The notes: generated by a model not told the origin, from the letters alone. 64,000 nt of DNA from Blastocatellia bacterium (GCA_044224215.1 JBGAKX010000002.1:10759-74758); one strand, 5' to 3'. Shown: positions 37,969 to 48,187, numbered from the stretch's first letter. Program-made: numbers and translations.

Positions 37969-38406
37969 TTACGAAGCCGGGTGCAAGGGAAGCCCGAAGT
38001 GGTGGCACTCGATCCGCATCCGCTTCAGCAGATAGAAGCGATGGGCCGCAAAGCGATGAACCCCCGAGTCCAGGTGCAGCTCGTCGCAGTTGTCCTCCCT
38101 GGCATACGCCACGATCCAGTCAAAGAGCGCGCCCCCGTAGCCCTTCGAACGGTCCGCGCTCGCGCACACAAGGTCATCGACATAGAGAAAGCGGCCCCAC
38201 GCCAGACACTCCGAGACGCGGAATCCGGCGACCGCTCTGACCTCCCCGTCGAGGACATACGCAAGCTGGTAGGCCGCGATCTCGCCTTGTCGCCGCACGC
38301 GACGCAGAAACTCGTCGGGTTGCACGTGCGGGCGCAACTCGCTCATCACCGGATAGCAACTTTGAATCTCGCCATCGGAGCGGGCGATTCGAATGTCGTG
38401 CGCCAT
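37969..38406 (-). CDS. GNAT family N-acetyltransferase
   Basis: The start was moved to the third in-frame ATG because a GGAGGA RBS precedes it by 5 nt. FRVSECLAWGRFLYVDDLVCASADRSKGYGGALF is the GNAT core. Confidence 0.7.
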   Translation of the reverse strand: MAHDIRIARSDGEIQSCYPVMSELRPHVQPDEFLRRVRRQGEIAAYQLAYVLDGEVRAVAGFRVSECLAWGRFLYVDDLVCASADRSKGYGGALFDWIVAYAREDNCDELHLDSGVHRFAAHRFYLLKRMRIECHHFGLPLHPAS

Positions 38407-38674
38407 GTGATCCTCCATCAACGTGAACGTGAACGTGAGGATAGCGACGCCTTCCCCGTGGGCATAGGACCATTGACTGCGGCCGTAGCGATACCAATTG
38501 CCGTTCCGGCCGAGAACGCGGCCCGTGTGACGCGAATCAAGCGAATGCTGGACGGATTGTGCGGTCCGTCGAGCGCAAGCGACGTGTACTACGGGGACTG
38601 TGATCCGTGATAAGAGGAATCATCCGGTCGCGCCCAAGGCTCAACCAAGGCGTCGACACTCGAGTGAGACAACC

Positions 38675-39040
38675 ATGAAGATGAACAGGCTGATCCCGAT
38701 GCTGCCGGTCAGGAGCATGCCGGCAAGCGTGAACTACTACTGCGGAATGCTGGGTTTTGAGGTCGAGACGCGCAATGACGACTGGGGCTGGGCAATGCTG
38801 CGTTTCGACGAGTGCCGGTTGATGCTGGATCAATCGATCAACGCGCACCCGGCGTCGCCTCGGGACGCGATCCTCTACCTGTACCCGGACGACATTGTCG
38901 AGTATCACAACCAAGTTCGGAAGAACGGCCTGGTCGTGCCCGATCTCGACGTCACGTTCTACGGCCTCACCGAATTTCGGATAGACGATCCGGACGGGAA
39001 CCGGTTGTGGATCGGCCAGGACACGTCGACCGGGGAGTAG
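38675..39040 (+). CDS. VOC/glyoxalase-bleomycin resistance family protein
   Basis: MKMNRLIPMLPVRSMPASVNYYCGMLGFEV...FRIDDPDGNRLWIGQ. Confidence 0.7.
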   Translation: MKMNRLIPMLPVRSMPASVNYYCGMLGFEVETRNDDWGWAMLRFDECRLMLDQSINAHPASPRDAILYLYPDDIVEYHNQVRKNGLVVPDLDVTFYGLTEFRIDDPDGNRLWIGQDTSTGE

Positions 39041-39097
39041 CCGTTCGGCGCCGCGCCGCCGAGGCTGATCGGCTATTTTCCTGTGAATCGTGTGCCA

Positions 39098-39850
39098 ATG
39101 AGTCACCAGTCGGTTGCGCTCCATGACATCGAGCTGCACTTTGACGTCCGGGGCGACGGCGAGCCTCTGATCCTGCTGCACGGAGGCGGCGGCGTCGGGT
39201 CGAACTGGAGCGTTTTGTTTCCAGAGCCACCTGCAGGCTTTCGCCTCGTCATTCCCGACCTGCGCGGGCACGGGAAGTCGACGAATCCATCGGGGCAGTT
39301 CACATTCCGCCAGTTTGCGCTCGATGTCCTCGCACTGCTCGACCACCTGGAGATCGAGCGGTGCAAGGCTATCGGCGTAAGCCTTGGCGCCAAGACGCTG
39401 CTTCACGTGGCGACGCAGCAACCGGCTCGACTCGATGCAATGGTGCTCGCGAGCGCCGCACCATATTTTCCGGAGCAGGCGAGGGCGCTGATGCGCGACA
39501 TGCGACCGGACAATCGAACCGACGCAGAATGGAAGCAGATGCGGTCGTGGCACCGGGATGACGACCAGATCAGGGCGCTGTGGGGCATGGCGCGCGCGTT
39601 TGCAGAAGACCATGACGATCACAACTTCACGCCGTTGCAGCTCTCGACGATCACGGCACGAACGCTGATCGTGCACGGGGATCGCGATGAACTGTACCCG
39701 GTGAGGCTGGCGGTGGAGTTGTACGAATCGATCCAGCGTGCGTCGCTGTGGGTCGTCCCGAACGCGGGTCACGGACTGATATTCGGTGCGATGGCGGCGC
39801 AGTTCGTGGCGACGGCCCTCGCGTTTCTGAGTGAGGACGCGATTCCATGA
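39098..39850 (+). CDS. alpha/beta-fold hydrolase
   Basis: LILLHGGGG is the HGGG region. GVSLGA is the nucleophile elbow. HGDRDELYP...NAGHG follows. Confidence 0.8.
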   Translation: MSHQSVALHDIELHFDVRGDGEPLILLHGGGGVGSNWSVLFPEPPAGFRLVIPDLRGHGKSTNPSGQFTFRQFALDVLALLDHLEIERCKAIGVSLGAKTLLHVATQQPARLDAMVLASAAPYFPEQARALMRDMRPDNRTDAEWKQMRSWHRDDDQIRALWGMARAFAEDHDDHNFTPLQLSTITARTLIVHGDRDELYPVRLAVELYESIQRASLWVVPNAGHGLIFGAMAAQFVATALAFLSEDAIP

Positions 39851-40683
39851 GCGTGCGCAATGCCCTTCGAATCCTTGCAGTCCTCGCCGTCGCGGGATCC
39901 GCGACGTTCGCGCGCGCGCAATCGCCGGCACCGTCGTCGCCGCTCTCGACTCCGGCCCAGATCGACGCGAGCCTTCACAAGGTCCCCTGCGACAACGACA
40001 TGCGGCTCGAGGCCGTCAAGCAGCTGTTCCTCGCAAACGGCGCGACGCAGTCCGATCTCTGCCTCGACGAGTTCAGAGAGACGACAAACCTGGTGGTGAC
40101 GGTTCGTGGCACCGGCTCGGGCTATGTCGTCGTTGGCGCGCACTACGACAAGGTCGCGCACGGTTGCGGTGCGATCGACAACTGGACCGGCATCGTGCTG
40201 CTCGCGCACCTCTACGGGACCGTGCGGCAGACTGCGCCGTCCAAGACGTACCTGTTCGTTGCGTTCGGCCGCGAGGAATCCGGGCTGGTCGGCTCCAAGG
40301 CAATGGTCAACGCAATGTCGAAACAGGAGCGCAAGCTCTACTGCGCGATGATCAACCTCGACAGCTTTGGCCTTGCGCGCCCGCAGGTGCTCCGAAACGT
40401 CTCGTCGGCGGATCTCACGGAGTTCGTTTCAAAGGTCGCAAAGGAGCTGTCCGTACCGTTTGCTTCCGCCTCGGCGTACGCGGATGCCGACTCTACCCCG
40501 TTCAGGACCAACGGAATCCCGGCGGTAACACTGCACGCGCTCTCGAACGACTGGGCGCAGATTCTGCACTCGACGAGCGACACGCTCGACAGGATCAACC
40601 TTGGCAGCGTGTACCAGAGCTACTACCTCGCGCTCAACGTGCTCGCTCGCCTGGATGGCTGCGATTGCAATCAGTTCAGATGA
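39847..40683 (+). CDS. M28-family zinc peptidase (aminopeptidase-like), secreted
   Basis: Signal peptide is present. GAHYDKV...DNWTGIV...FGREESGLVGS are the metal-binding motifs. Its ATGA start overlaps the upstream gene. Confidence 0.75.
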   Translation: MSVRNALRILAVLAVAGSATFARAQSPAPSSPLSTPAQIDASLHKVPCDNDMRLEAVKQLFLANGATQSDLCLDEFRETTNLVVTVRGTGSGYVVVGAHYDKVAHGCGAIDNWTGIVLLAHLYGTVRQTAPSKTYLFVAFGREESGLVGSKAMVNAMSKQERKLYCAMINLDSFGLARPQVLRNVSSADLTEFVSKVAKELSVPFASASAYADADSTPFRTNGIPAVTLHALSNDWAQILHSTSDTLDRINLGSVYQSYYLALNVLARLDGCDCNQFR

Positions 40684-40802
40684 ATGCTGGCAAACTTTTG
40701 AATGTACCGGAGCGTCTGGAATGGTCGTGATAAGGTTCGGGAAGCCCTCGCCGACTGTCGCGGGCGCGGCTGGGCAAGTCACAGGCAAGGAGCGATACAG
40801 TC

Positions 40803-41066
40803 ATGGAGCGAACACTCTCACGCCGTCACGCGGTCGGCAGGTTGCTGGCGGTGGCAGGCGCCGGAATGGTGGCGGCCTCGTCCGGGCAGGCTGCGGACGA
40901 GCAGCCGCACATGAGGGCCGCGCTGGAGGCGCTGCGCAAGGCAGAGGCTGAACTGTCGGTAGCGACAGCCGACAAGGGCGGACATCGCGTCGCAGCCGAG
41001 AAGCTGGTGCGCCAGGCGATCAGTGAAGTCCAGGCAGGAATCGGCTACGACAATCGACACCCATAG
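40803..41066 (+). CDS. small secreted hypothetical protein (87 aa)
   Basis: An AAGGAG RBS precedes it. The N-terminus SRRHAVGRLLAVAGAGMVAA is Tat-like. Confidence 0.4.
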   Translation: MERTLSRRHAVGRLLAVAGAGMVAASSGQAADEQPHMRAALEALRKAEAELSVATADKGGHRVAAEKLVRQAISEVQAGIGYDNRHP

Positions 41067-41174
41067 AACGGGTTTGCCGCTCACAGGCGATCCCGAAGGT
41101 GACGACCGGGGCCGGAGCAACCGTGACCGATTCATCCGCGGCCGTCGCGCCGGCCCCTTGAGCCTTCGCGGCCG

Positions 41175-41678
41175 GTGTCCTTCATCGTTACCAGCATCAG
41201 GGGCGACACGGTGATTCTCGGCATCCTCTCTGACACGCACGGTCTGCTTCGGCCGGAAGCGATCTCGGCACTCGGCGGTTCGGACCTCATCCTGCACGCT
41301 GGCGACGTCGGCAAACCCGAAGTGCTCGCGCAACTCGAACGAATTGCCCCGACGATTGCGGTGCGAGGCAACAACGATCGCGGGTCGTGGGCTCTCGAAC
41401 TGGAAGAAGCCAGGCGCATCGAGGTGCGCGAGACCTTCGTGTACCTGTTGCATGATCTCGGCGACCTCGCCATCGATCCGGAGGCGACGGGTATCGGGAT
41501 CGTCGTAAGCGGGCATTCCCACAAGCCGAAGGCAGAAGTCCGCAACGACGTGCTCTATCTGAACCCCGGCAGCGCGGGACCTCGGAGGTTCCGGCTCCCG
41601 GTCACGCTGGCACGAGTGAGACTCGACGGTGCCGGCATCGCGCACGAGATCATCGATCTCGTCGGCGCCGATCGGTAG
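41175..41678 (+). CDS. metallophosphoesterase (YfcE-like phosphodiesterase)
   Basis: VILGILSDTHG...LILHAGDVG...GNND...GHSHKP are the MPP motifs. The true start may be the GTG at 41211. Confidence 0.75.
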   Translation: MSFIVTSIRGDTVILGILSDTHGLLRPEAISALGGSDLILHAGDVGKPEVLAQLERIAPTIAVRGNNDRGSWALELEEARRIEVRETFVYLLHDLGDLAIDPEATGIGIVVSGHSHKPKAEVRNDVLYLNPGSAGPRRFRLPVTLARVRLDGAGIAHEIIDLVGADR

Positions 41679-41834
41679 GGCGCGGGGAACCCGGGGACGC
41701 AACGCGTCGGAACGCCTCGGGAGCTTATCGTTGCGCTTGCGGCGGGCGTCCGTATGATCAATGCTGACACGACGGCCTGGTTCGCACGTATCAGGTCATA
41801 GCTTGTTCGTCGATGCAGAGGTAACCGGAACGCC

Positions 41835-42317
41835 ATGTATTGCCCGAAATGCGGATCACAGACCCTCGACGAAGCGAAGTTCTGCCGTGGATGCGGCGCG
41901 GACGTGAGCCTTGTCCCGATGGCAATCACCGGCCAGCTCACGCCGGTGTCCATGCCTCCGCCGCCGTCCCGCGACATCCAGCGCAGCCAGGCAAGAGCTA
42001 TCACGAACACGATGACGGGCTTTGGCTTTCTGGTCGTCGCGTTTTCGGCTCTTATCTTCGCGCCGGCTGGCCACTTGTGGTGGTTCTGGATGCTGATCCC
42101 GGCGTTCGCTCTCATGGGAACCGGGCTCGCGGCGTACGCGCGCTATCGGACCATGATTCGAGGTATCCCCGGAATGCCATTGCTCCCCACATCGGACGAT
42201 TTGGCGAACGGTCGGGCGTCGTTGAAGAGCGGATTCACGGGCGCGCTCCCACCGCCGAGCGTGAGCGAGGTCACGACACGTCATCTTGGCGACCGCATTG
42301 ACAGGTCGACCGAATAG
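41835..42317 (+). CDS. zinc-ribbon domain membrane protein
   Basis: MYCPKCGSQTLDEAKFCRGCGA is followed by two TM helices. It is a paralogue-like architecture of the gene at 21063-21623. Confidence 0.55.
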   Translation: MYCPKCGSQTLDEAKFCRGCGADVSLVPMAITGQLTPVSMPPPPSRDIQRSQARAITNTMTGFGFLVVAFSALIFAPAGHLWWFWMLIPAFALMGTGLAAYARYRTMIRGIPGMPLLPTSDDLANGRASLKSGFTGALPPPSVSEVTTRHLGDRIDRSTE

Positions 42318-42388
42318 CGATCGACCCGCGGTGCGCGACGGATCTTCGACGGCACGGCTCGATTGCACGAACACGACAGGAGGAACGC

Positions 42389-42799
42389 ATGCGCCCGCAA
42401 CCTCTGATCGCCGTCTCGGATGTCGAGGCGAGCAGTCGCTGGTACCAGGAGCTCCTCGGCTGCCGCAGTGCCCACGGCGGCCCCGAGTACGAGCGTCTCG
42501 AGGTGGATGGCGTCCTCGTCATGCAGCTGCACCGGTTCGAGGTTGACCATCATCACGGTCCGATCGGGAACGCGGACGACAAGCCGTACGGTAACGGCGT
42601 GCTGCTGTGGTTCGAGATCGACGATTTCGACGCTGCAGCTTTACGCGCGTCGGCGATGAAGGCGGAGGTTGTGTTGCCGCGGCACCGGAACCCGCCCGAT
42701 GGAAACGGAGGTCCGAACCACTGGGAAATCTGGCTTCGCGACCCGGATGGATACACGGTGGTGCTTGCGAGCCCGGACGGCAGCGCCGGCCCGGCATAG
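42389..42799 (+). CDS. VOC/glyoxalase family protein
   Basis: A CAGGAGGAAC RBS precedes it. LIAVSDVEASSRWYQELLGC...WEIWLRDPDGYTVVL. Confidence 0.7.
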   Translation: MRPQPLIAVSDVEASSRWYQELLGCRSAHGGPEYERLEVDGVLVMQLHRFEVDHHHGPIGNADDKPYGNGVLLWFEIDDFDAAALRASAMKAEVVLPRHRNPPDGNGGPNHWEIWLRDPDGYTVVLASPDGSAGPA

Positions 42800-42812
42800 C
42801 TGGAGCGTGACA

Positions 42813-43043
42813 ATGGATACGGACGACGAGGTTCGCGAACGACTTCAACGACTCGAGCGCAAGGTCGAGTTTCTGCTTCGCCATTTTGAGCTCACGGAAC
42901 AGGCACAGTATGGCCAGCAGGCGTACGGCGAGGTCCTGACCCTGAAACGTGCTGGCCGACTGATCGATGCGATCAAGCTGTATCGTGAATTGACCGGCGT
43001 CGGGCTTGCCGAGGCCAAGGCCTATGTCGATCGCCTGCAGTGA
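42813..43043 (+). CDS. small protein with ribosomal L7/L12 C-terminal-like domain
   Basis: RLIDAIKLYRELTGVGLAEAKAYVDRL. Confidence 0.4.
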   Translation: MDTDDEVRERLQRLERKVEFLLRHFELTEQAQYGQQAYGEVLTLKRAGRLIDAIKLYRELTGVGLAEAKAYVDRLQ

Positions 43044-43095
43044 ACCCCGGGTCAACCGATGCTGACCGGGAGATCAACCTCGCGGGGATGGCACC

Positions 43096-43518
43096 ATGTC
43101 TGAAGTGTCGACGTTCCGCCTCTACCTGTTGCGAGCCACGTATCTGTTGCTCGTCGTCGGACTGGGACTCTCGATATGGCCGGGGATTCTCCATCCGCCG
43201 CGAGACCTGGCGCTCATGCGCGGTGTGGTTCGCGGTCTCCTCGGGGCGGTCTCGCTCCTGGCGGTCCTGGGGATTCGGTATCCGCTCAAGATGCTGCCGC
43301 TGCTCATGTTCGAGCTTGTGTGGAAGTCGATCTGGGTTCTGGTGTTCGGACTTCCCCTGTGGTCTGCTCAACAGATGGACCCGGACACGCACGAAACGTG
43401 GAATGCCTGCCTGATGGGTCTTGTGGTGTTTCCGATCGCGATCCCGTGGCGCTATGTGTTTGACCATTACGTAAGGGCCCCCGGCGACAGGTGGGGCAAG
43501 CCGCCGGCTGATAAATGA
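43096..43518 (+). CDS. membrane protein, unknown function
   Basis: There are four hydrophobic helices and GC3 is high. Confidence 0.45.
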   Translation: MSEVSTFRLYLLRATYLLLVVGLGLSIWPGILHPPRDLALMRGVVRGLLGAVSLLAVLGIRYPLKMLPLLMFELVWKSIWVLVFGLPLWSAQQMDPDTHETWNACLMGLVVFPIAIPWRYVFDHYVRAPGDRWGKPPADK

Positions 43519-43519
43519 C

Positions 43520-43870
43520 ATGAACGGCAACGAGCCACTGAAGCCACTCGCGGAGTACGGTCGGTTGCATCCCGCACCGGCTGCCTTGTCGATCTTTGAG
43601 TTCCTTGTTGCCGGGTTACCGACGGCGCTGTATCTGGCCCAAGCCGTCGATGCGCAACAGGCTGTGGCCTTTGGATGCAAGTGCCTCGTCGTGTTCCTGA
43701 TCACGGGGCTGTTTCGTCACGGCTGCGGCTGGAGCACGCGGCCGACGCTTCTCGCGAGCGTCGTCCTCTTCCTTCCCGCTCTTGTCTGGGTGTATCACGC
43801 TGCGGTGCCAGGTCCTCCGCCAAACGCCACAGCGGCGGCGCTCGTCCATCGAATCTCAACGACCGTGTGA
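43520..43870 (+). CDS. possible membrane protein
   Basis: The ORF follows the previous stop by 1 nt. GC3 bias is moderate. This is a weak call. Confidence 0.3.
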   Translation: MNGNEPLKPLAEYGRLHPAPAALSIFEFLVAGLPTALYLAQAVDAQQAVAFGCKCLVVFLITGLFRHGCGWSTRPTLLASVVLFLPALVWVYHAAVPGPPPNATAAALVHRISTTV

Positions 43871-43914
43871 ACCCGCGTGTCGAGTACGCATCCATCGTTC
43901 TTGCGAATCGAGCC

Positions 43915-44286
43915 ATGAGAATTCTCAGATCCATACTTGCCGTCGTGATCGGCTACATGGTCTTTGCCGTGTCCGCGTTCGCATTCTTTCAGCTTTCCGG
44001 ACGGCCGCCGCATCAAGAGGCGCCGTTCTCGTTCGTGGTCGTCAGCGTTGTGTATGGCATGGCGTTCGCCGCGTTGGGCGGTTATCTGGCGGCGTGGTTG
44101 TCGGGGCGAAGGCCGCTCGCACACGCAGTCGCGGTTGCGACGGTTCTTGCGCTTGGCGCGACGGCTTCGTTGCTCGGTACGCTTGGCAAGGGCGCCGTCT
44201 GGTCGCAGGTTGCCGCACTCGTCTTCATGGCGCCGTGCGCTGCCCTGGGCGGCTGGCTGCGCGCAAGAAGGACGGCCGGTGCGTAA
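43915..44286 (+). CDS. membrane protein, unknown function
   Basis: MRILRSILAVVIGYMVFAVSAFAFFQL..., with four TM helices. Confidence 0.45.
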   Translation: MRILRSILAVVIGYMVFAVSAFAFFQLSGRPPHQEAPFSFVVVSVVYGMAFAALGGYLAAWLSGRRPLAHAVAVATVLALGATASLLGTLGKGAVWSQVAALVFMAPCAALGGWLRARRTAGA

Positions 44287-44389
44287 CTCCGCGTTGATCG
44301 AGAGCCAGTAACATTCCGCCGCGGCAGCGACGTTTCGTTCCCGGCAGAAAGCTCCGCAGCAGTGATCTCAACTTTCAAGGAGTCTGGAT

Positions 44390-45547
44390 ATGGATCGGCG
44401 ACACTTCATGGCCGCCGGCGGGCTGTCGGCCGCAACACCGTTGCTTGCCCGGACGCTTGGAGCACGGACAATGACAGACACTCCATCTGAGGTCTCCACG
44501 CGCATCGATTTCACGTCGGACGGTCTCGGGCTCAACCCCCGCGAGTACGCCGCGCTGTTGCACGAGGCGGTGACGGCTCGAAACCTGGAAGCCGACTACT
44601 ACTCGAACGGCGGATTCATCGCCGAGCTGGAACGGAAGTTTGCTCAGCTCCTGGGCAAGGAAGCCGCGATGTTCGTGTCGACCGGCACGCTGGCGAACCA
44701 TCTCGCCATACGAAAGCTGGCGGGCGGCGACCGCCGGGTCCTGGTGCAGGCCGAGAGCCACTTCTATAACGACAGCGGCGATTGTGCCGAGACGTTGAGC
44801 GGGCTGAACCTCGTCCCGCTCGCGCTTGGCCGCAGCACGATCGACCTCGCGGACGTGAAGCTCTGGGTCGAGCGATCGGCCGGAGGCAGAGTTGAGATGA
44901 AGGTCGGCGTGATCTCCATCGAAAGCCCGGTCCGGCGCAGGGACCACGAGATGGTCGACTTTGCGGAGCTGCAGCGCGTTTGCGGCTACGCGCGCGAGCG
45001 GGGCATCCGTCTGCACCTGGACGGAGCGCGCATGTTCAACCTCCCGTATCATTCCGGAAAGAGCGTCCGGGAGTACGCGGCCCTGTTCGACACCGTGTAC
45101 GTGTCCTTGTGGAAGCACTTCAACGGCGCCTCCGGCGCGATCCTGGCCGGCGACGCAAAGTTCATCGATGGGCTGTTCCACGTTCGGAGGATGTTCGGCG
45201 GCTCGTTGCCCCAGGCGTGGCCGGAAGTCGCATTGGTCACACAATTTGCGGATGGCTACGAAGCGGAATACGCCAGGGCGTGGCAGGCCGCGGATCAGTT
45301 GATCGCGCTGCTCCAGTCCGACGGCCGCTTCAAGGTGCAGAAGGTGCCGAACGGCACGAGCCGGTTCCTGCTGACGGCCGCCGGCGTGGCGCCCGAGGTT
45401 CTGGCCGAGCGAGCGTCGAAGCGGGGCGTGATCCTTCCGCATGCCCGGCCCGACACGGGAGTGTTTCCGCTGCAGGTGAACCCGACGCTCGTGCGGATGC
45501 CCGCCGCGACGCTGGCACGAATCCTGGCCGACTCGATTGAGGGCTGA
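44390..45547 (+). CDS. threonine aldolase / beta-eliminating lyase-family PLP enzyme with Tat-type signal
   Basis: The N-terminus is MDRRHFMAAGGLSAATPLLA. ...FVSTGTLANHLAI...HLDGARMFN...YVSLWKHFN. A CAAGGAG RBS precedes it. Confidence 0.7.
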   Translation: MDRRHFMAAGGLSAATPLLARTLGARTMTDTPSEVSTRIDFTSDGLGLNPREYAALLHEAVTARNLEADYYSNGGFIAELERKFAQLLGKEAAMFVSTGTLANHLAIRKLAGGDRRVLVQAESHFYNDSGDCAETLSGLNLVPLALGRSTIDLADVKLWVERSAGGRVEMKVGVISIESPVRRRDHEMVDFAELQRVCGYARERGIRLHLDGARMFNLPYHSGKSVREYAALFDTVYVSLWKHFNGASGAILAGDAKFIDGLFHVRRMFGGSLPQAWPEVALVTQFADGYEAEYARAWQAADQLIALLQSDGRFKVQKVPNGTSRFLLTAAGVAPEVLAERASKRGVILPHARPDTGVFPLQVNPTLVRMPAATLARILADSIEG

Positions 45548-45548
45548 C

Positions 45549-47132
45549 ATGCTCGACGTGATCATTGTTGGTGGCGGCACCGCGGGATCTGTTCTCGCGG
45601 AGCGGCTCACGCGTTCGGAGAGCCGCCGCGTCATGTTGATCGAGGCGGGCGAGCCTCCCTCGAGCCGATTCGTATCGATCCCCGCAGGCTTCCCCAGGCT
45701 CTTCAAGGGCGATCACGATTGGGCTTTCGAATCCGAGCCGCAGCGTACCGTTGGCGGGCGCACGATCTTCACGCCGCGAGGGAAGATGCTGGGGGGCTCG
45801 TCGAACATGAACGCAATGATGCACCAGTGGTGTCACCCGGCCGACTTTGATGGCTGGGTGGCCGACGGGGCCACGGGTTGGGGCTGGAATGACGTGGTCC
45901 CAACGTTTCGCGAGCAGGAGCGATGGAACGGCGACGACGCGGACCAAGGCCGCGGGCGAAGCGGGCCGATGAACATCGAGCCAAACCGGAATGTTCGCGC
46001 GTTGTCACGCCTCTTCGTCGAAGCTGCACACCGCGTCGGGCTCCCCGAGGATCCGCATTACAACGGTCACGCGTACACGGGCGCGTGGATCGCGGAGCTC
46101 GCCCACCGCGGCGGCAAGCGATTCAGCGCCTGCGACGCGTACCTCGATCCGGCGTCGAAGCGCCCCAACCTCGAAATCGTCACCGGTGCGCATGCCACGA
46201 AGATCGAGATCGTCGACGGCCGCGCCACGGGCGTCACATTTCGACGCGCCGGTGCGGAACGCACCGAATCGGCGCGCGCGGTCGTTCTCGCGGCGGGGGC
46301 GTACGCATCGCCCCAGATCCTCATGCTCTCGGGCATTGGGCCCGCGGCGTCGCTGCAGGAATTCGGAATCCCGGTGGTCGTCGACGCGCCTGACGTCGGT
46401 CAGAATCTCCAGGACCATCCCGTGATTCCGATGGTCTTTGGCGCTCGAACGAGCGACACAATGCGCCGAGCAGAATCGGTTTCGGAGCTTTTGCGCTACG
46501 TGGTGCTCAAGCGGGGAATGCTCGCGTCCAACGGCGTGGAGGCGTTTGCATTCACACAGATCCACGCCGATCCGGTGGATGCGCCCGATCTGGAGCTCCT
46601 GTTTCTGCCATTCGAGTACCGCAACCAGTTTCTCGAGCCGCCTCAGGTGGATGCGTTCAGCATTGCGCCGGCGGTAGTCAAGCCGCGCTCGCGGGGGTGC
46701 GTGCTCCTACGCAGCGCGGATCCGCTCGTCCCGCCTGCAATCGATCCGGCCCTGCTGAGCGATCCGGATGGCGTCGACGCAGCGGTGCTCTGGGAGGGCG
46801 CGCGCCTGTGCCGCACAATCGCGGCGATGTCGCCTCTTGCGGAACAGAATGCCGGCGAGCTTCGCCCCGGGGCGTCCGTCGAGTCCGAACAGGATTTTCT
46901 AGCGTACGCGTGCACCGAACTGCAGACCGTCTATCACCCGACGAGCACATGCCGCATGGGCTCGGACTCGCGTGCGGTCGTGGATCCGCGCCTCGGCGTG
47001 CGCGGGGTCGACGGGCTTTGGGTCGTCGACGCGTCCGTGATGCCGTCGGTTCCGCGCGGACATCCGAATGCCGTCGTTGCGATGATCGCCAACCGTGCCG
47101 CGGAGTGGATCGACGCGGCGACCACACACTGA
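45549..47132 (+). CDS. GMC-family FAD oxidoreductase (choline dehydrogenase-like)
   Basis: MLDVIIVGGGTAGSVLAERL...GGSSNMNAMM...C-terminal HPTSTCRMG...PSVPRGHPN. It starts 2 nt after the upstream stop. Confidence 0.85.
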   Translation: MLDVIIVGGGTAGSVLAERLTRSESRRVMLIEAGEPPSSRFVSIPAGFPRLFKGDHDWAFESEPQRTVGGRTIFTPRGKMLGGSSNMNAMMHQWCHPADFDGWVADGATGWGWNDVVPTFREQERWNGDDADQGRGRSGPMNIEPNRNVRALSRLFVEAAHRVGLPEDPHYNGHAYTGAWIAELAHRGGKRFSACDAYLDPASKRPNLEIVTGAHATKIEIVDGRATGVTFRRAGAERTESARAVVLAAGAYASPQILMLSGIGPAASLQEFGIPVVVDAPDVGQNLQDHPVIPMVFGARTSDTMRRAESVSELLRYVVLKRGMLASNGVEAFAFTQIHADPVDAPDLELLFLPFEYRNQFLEPPQVDAFSIAPAVVKPRSRGCVLLRSADPLVPPAIDPALLSDPDGVDAAVLWEGARLCRTIAAMSPLAEQNAGELRPGASVESEQDFLAYACTELQTVYHPTSTCRMGSDSRAVVDPRLGVRGVDGLWVVDASVMPSVPRGHPNAVVAMIANRAAEWIDAATTH

Positions 47133-47157
47133 GTCTGGATGCTCACCGGGTGATGCA

Positions 47158-47661
47158 ATGAACGCGAACCTGCGACAAGCGACGGTCGCCGACCTTGGCG
47201 AATTGACCGAAATCGCGCACGAATCCAAGCGGCGCTGGAACTACCCGGAGTCGCTCATCTCGCAATGGTCGTCAACCCTCACCTTCGATGAAAGCTCGCT
47301 CGCCGACATGCACGTCGTCGTTGCCGACGGCACTGGGAGCGTTGACGGGTTCTGCGCCGTCGTGCCCGGGCCGGTTCGGTACCAGCTGGAGCACCTCTGG
47401 GTCCGTCCGCGCGCAATGGGTCGCGGACTTGGCCGCGCACTGCTCGAATATGCGACAGGGTACTCGCGGTCGCAGGGCGCAGAAGTCCTTGTGATCGAAG
47501 CAGATCCGAATGCCGAGCCGTTCTATGAACGTATGGGTGCCGTCCGTGTCGATGCCGTCCCGGCACCCATTCCGGACGACCCTGGTCGGGTGCTCCCAAT
47601 TCTCGAGATAGCTCTCGGCGACACATCGCCGGGGGAAGCGGCCGAGCGAACACGGGTCTAG
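47158..47661 (+). CDS. GNAT family N-acetyltransferase
   Basis: LWVRPRAMGRGLGRALL. Confidence 0.7.
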   Translation: MNANLRQATVADLGELTEIAHESKRRWNYPESLISQWSSTLTFDESSLADMHVVVADGTGSVDGFCAVVPGPVRYQLEHLWVRPRAMGRGLGRALLEYATGYSRSQGAEVLVIEADPNAEPFYERMGAVRVDAVPAPIPDDPGRVLPILEIALGDTSPGEAAERTRV

Positions 47662-47695
47662 GTGTGCGAACACCGTGCTGCCGGGACACGAGCGC

Positions 47696-48187
47696 ATGAA
47701 TCTCCACCAAGTCAGCATCCGCTTCATCACGGCAGAAGACGCCCGTCCGATTCGCGGCATGGTGCTCAGGCCGGGACAACCGGCGGCCGCGTCCGTGTAT
47801 CCAGGAGACGAAGATCCCGTGTCGTTTCACCTTGGCGCCTTTCTCGAGCACCGTCTCGTGGCTGTTGCGAGCTTTCTCCCCGAACCCGGCCCCGTTCACG
47901 GGAGTGACCGAGGCTGGCGCCTCAGGGGAATGGCGACCGTCGACGACGTTCGGGGCTGTGGGATCGGCGGCCTCATGTTGGCCCGCGGCATACGGGATAC
48001 CACGGACAGAAGGGGCACAACGCTCTGGTGCTACGGGCGCGCGCAGGCTCGGCCGTTCTATGAACGCCACGGGATGCGTGTGATCGGCGACGAGTTCGAA
48101 CTGCCGAACACGGGTCCGCTCTTCCTGTTCGTGATGGACCTGGACTCCGGAAGTATCGACAGCCCGGATCTCGAGATCACTGGCTAG
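47696..48187 (+). CDS. GNAT family N-acetyltransferase
   Basis: MATVDDVRGCGIGGLML...FYERHGM. Confidence 0.7.
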   Translation: MNLHQVSIRFITAEDARPIRGMVLRPGQPAAASVYPGDEDPVSFHLGAFLEHRLVAVASFLPEPGPVHGSDRGWRLRGMATVDDVRGCGIGGLMLARGIRDTTDRRGTTLWCYGRAQARPFYERHGMRVIGDEFELPNTGPLFLFVMDLDSGSIDSPDLEITG

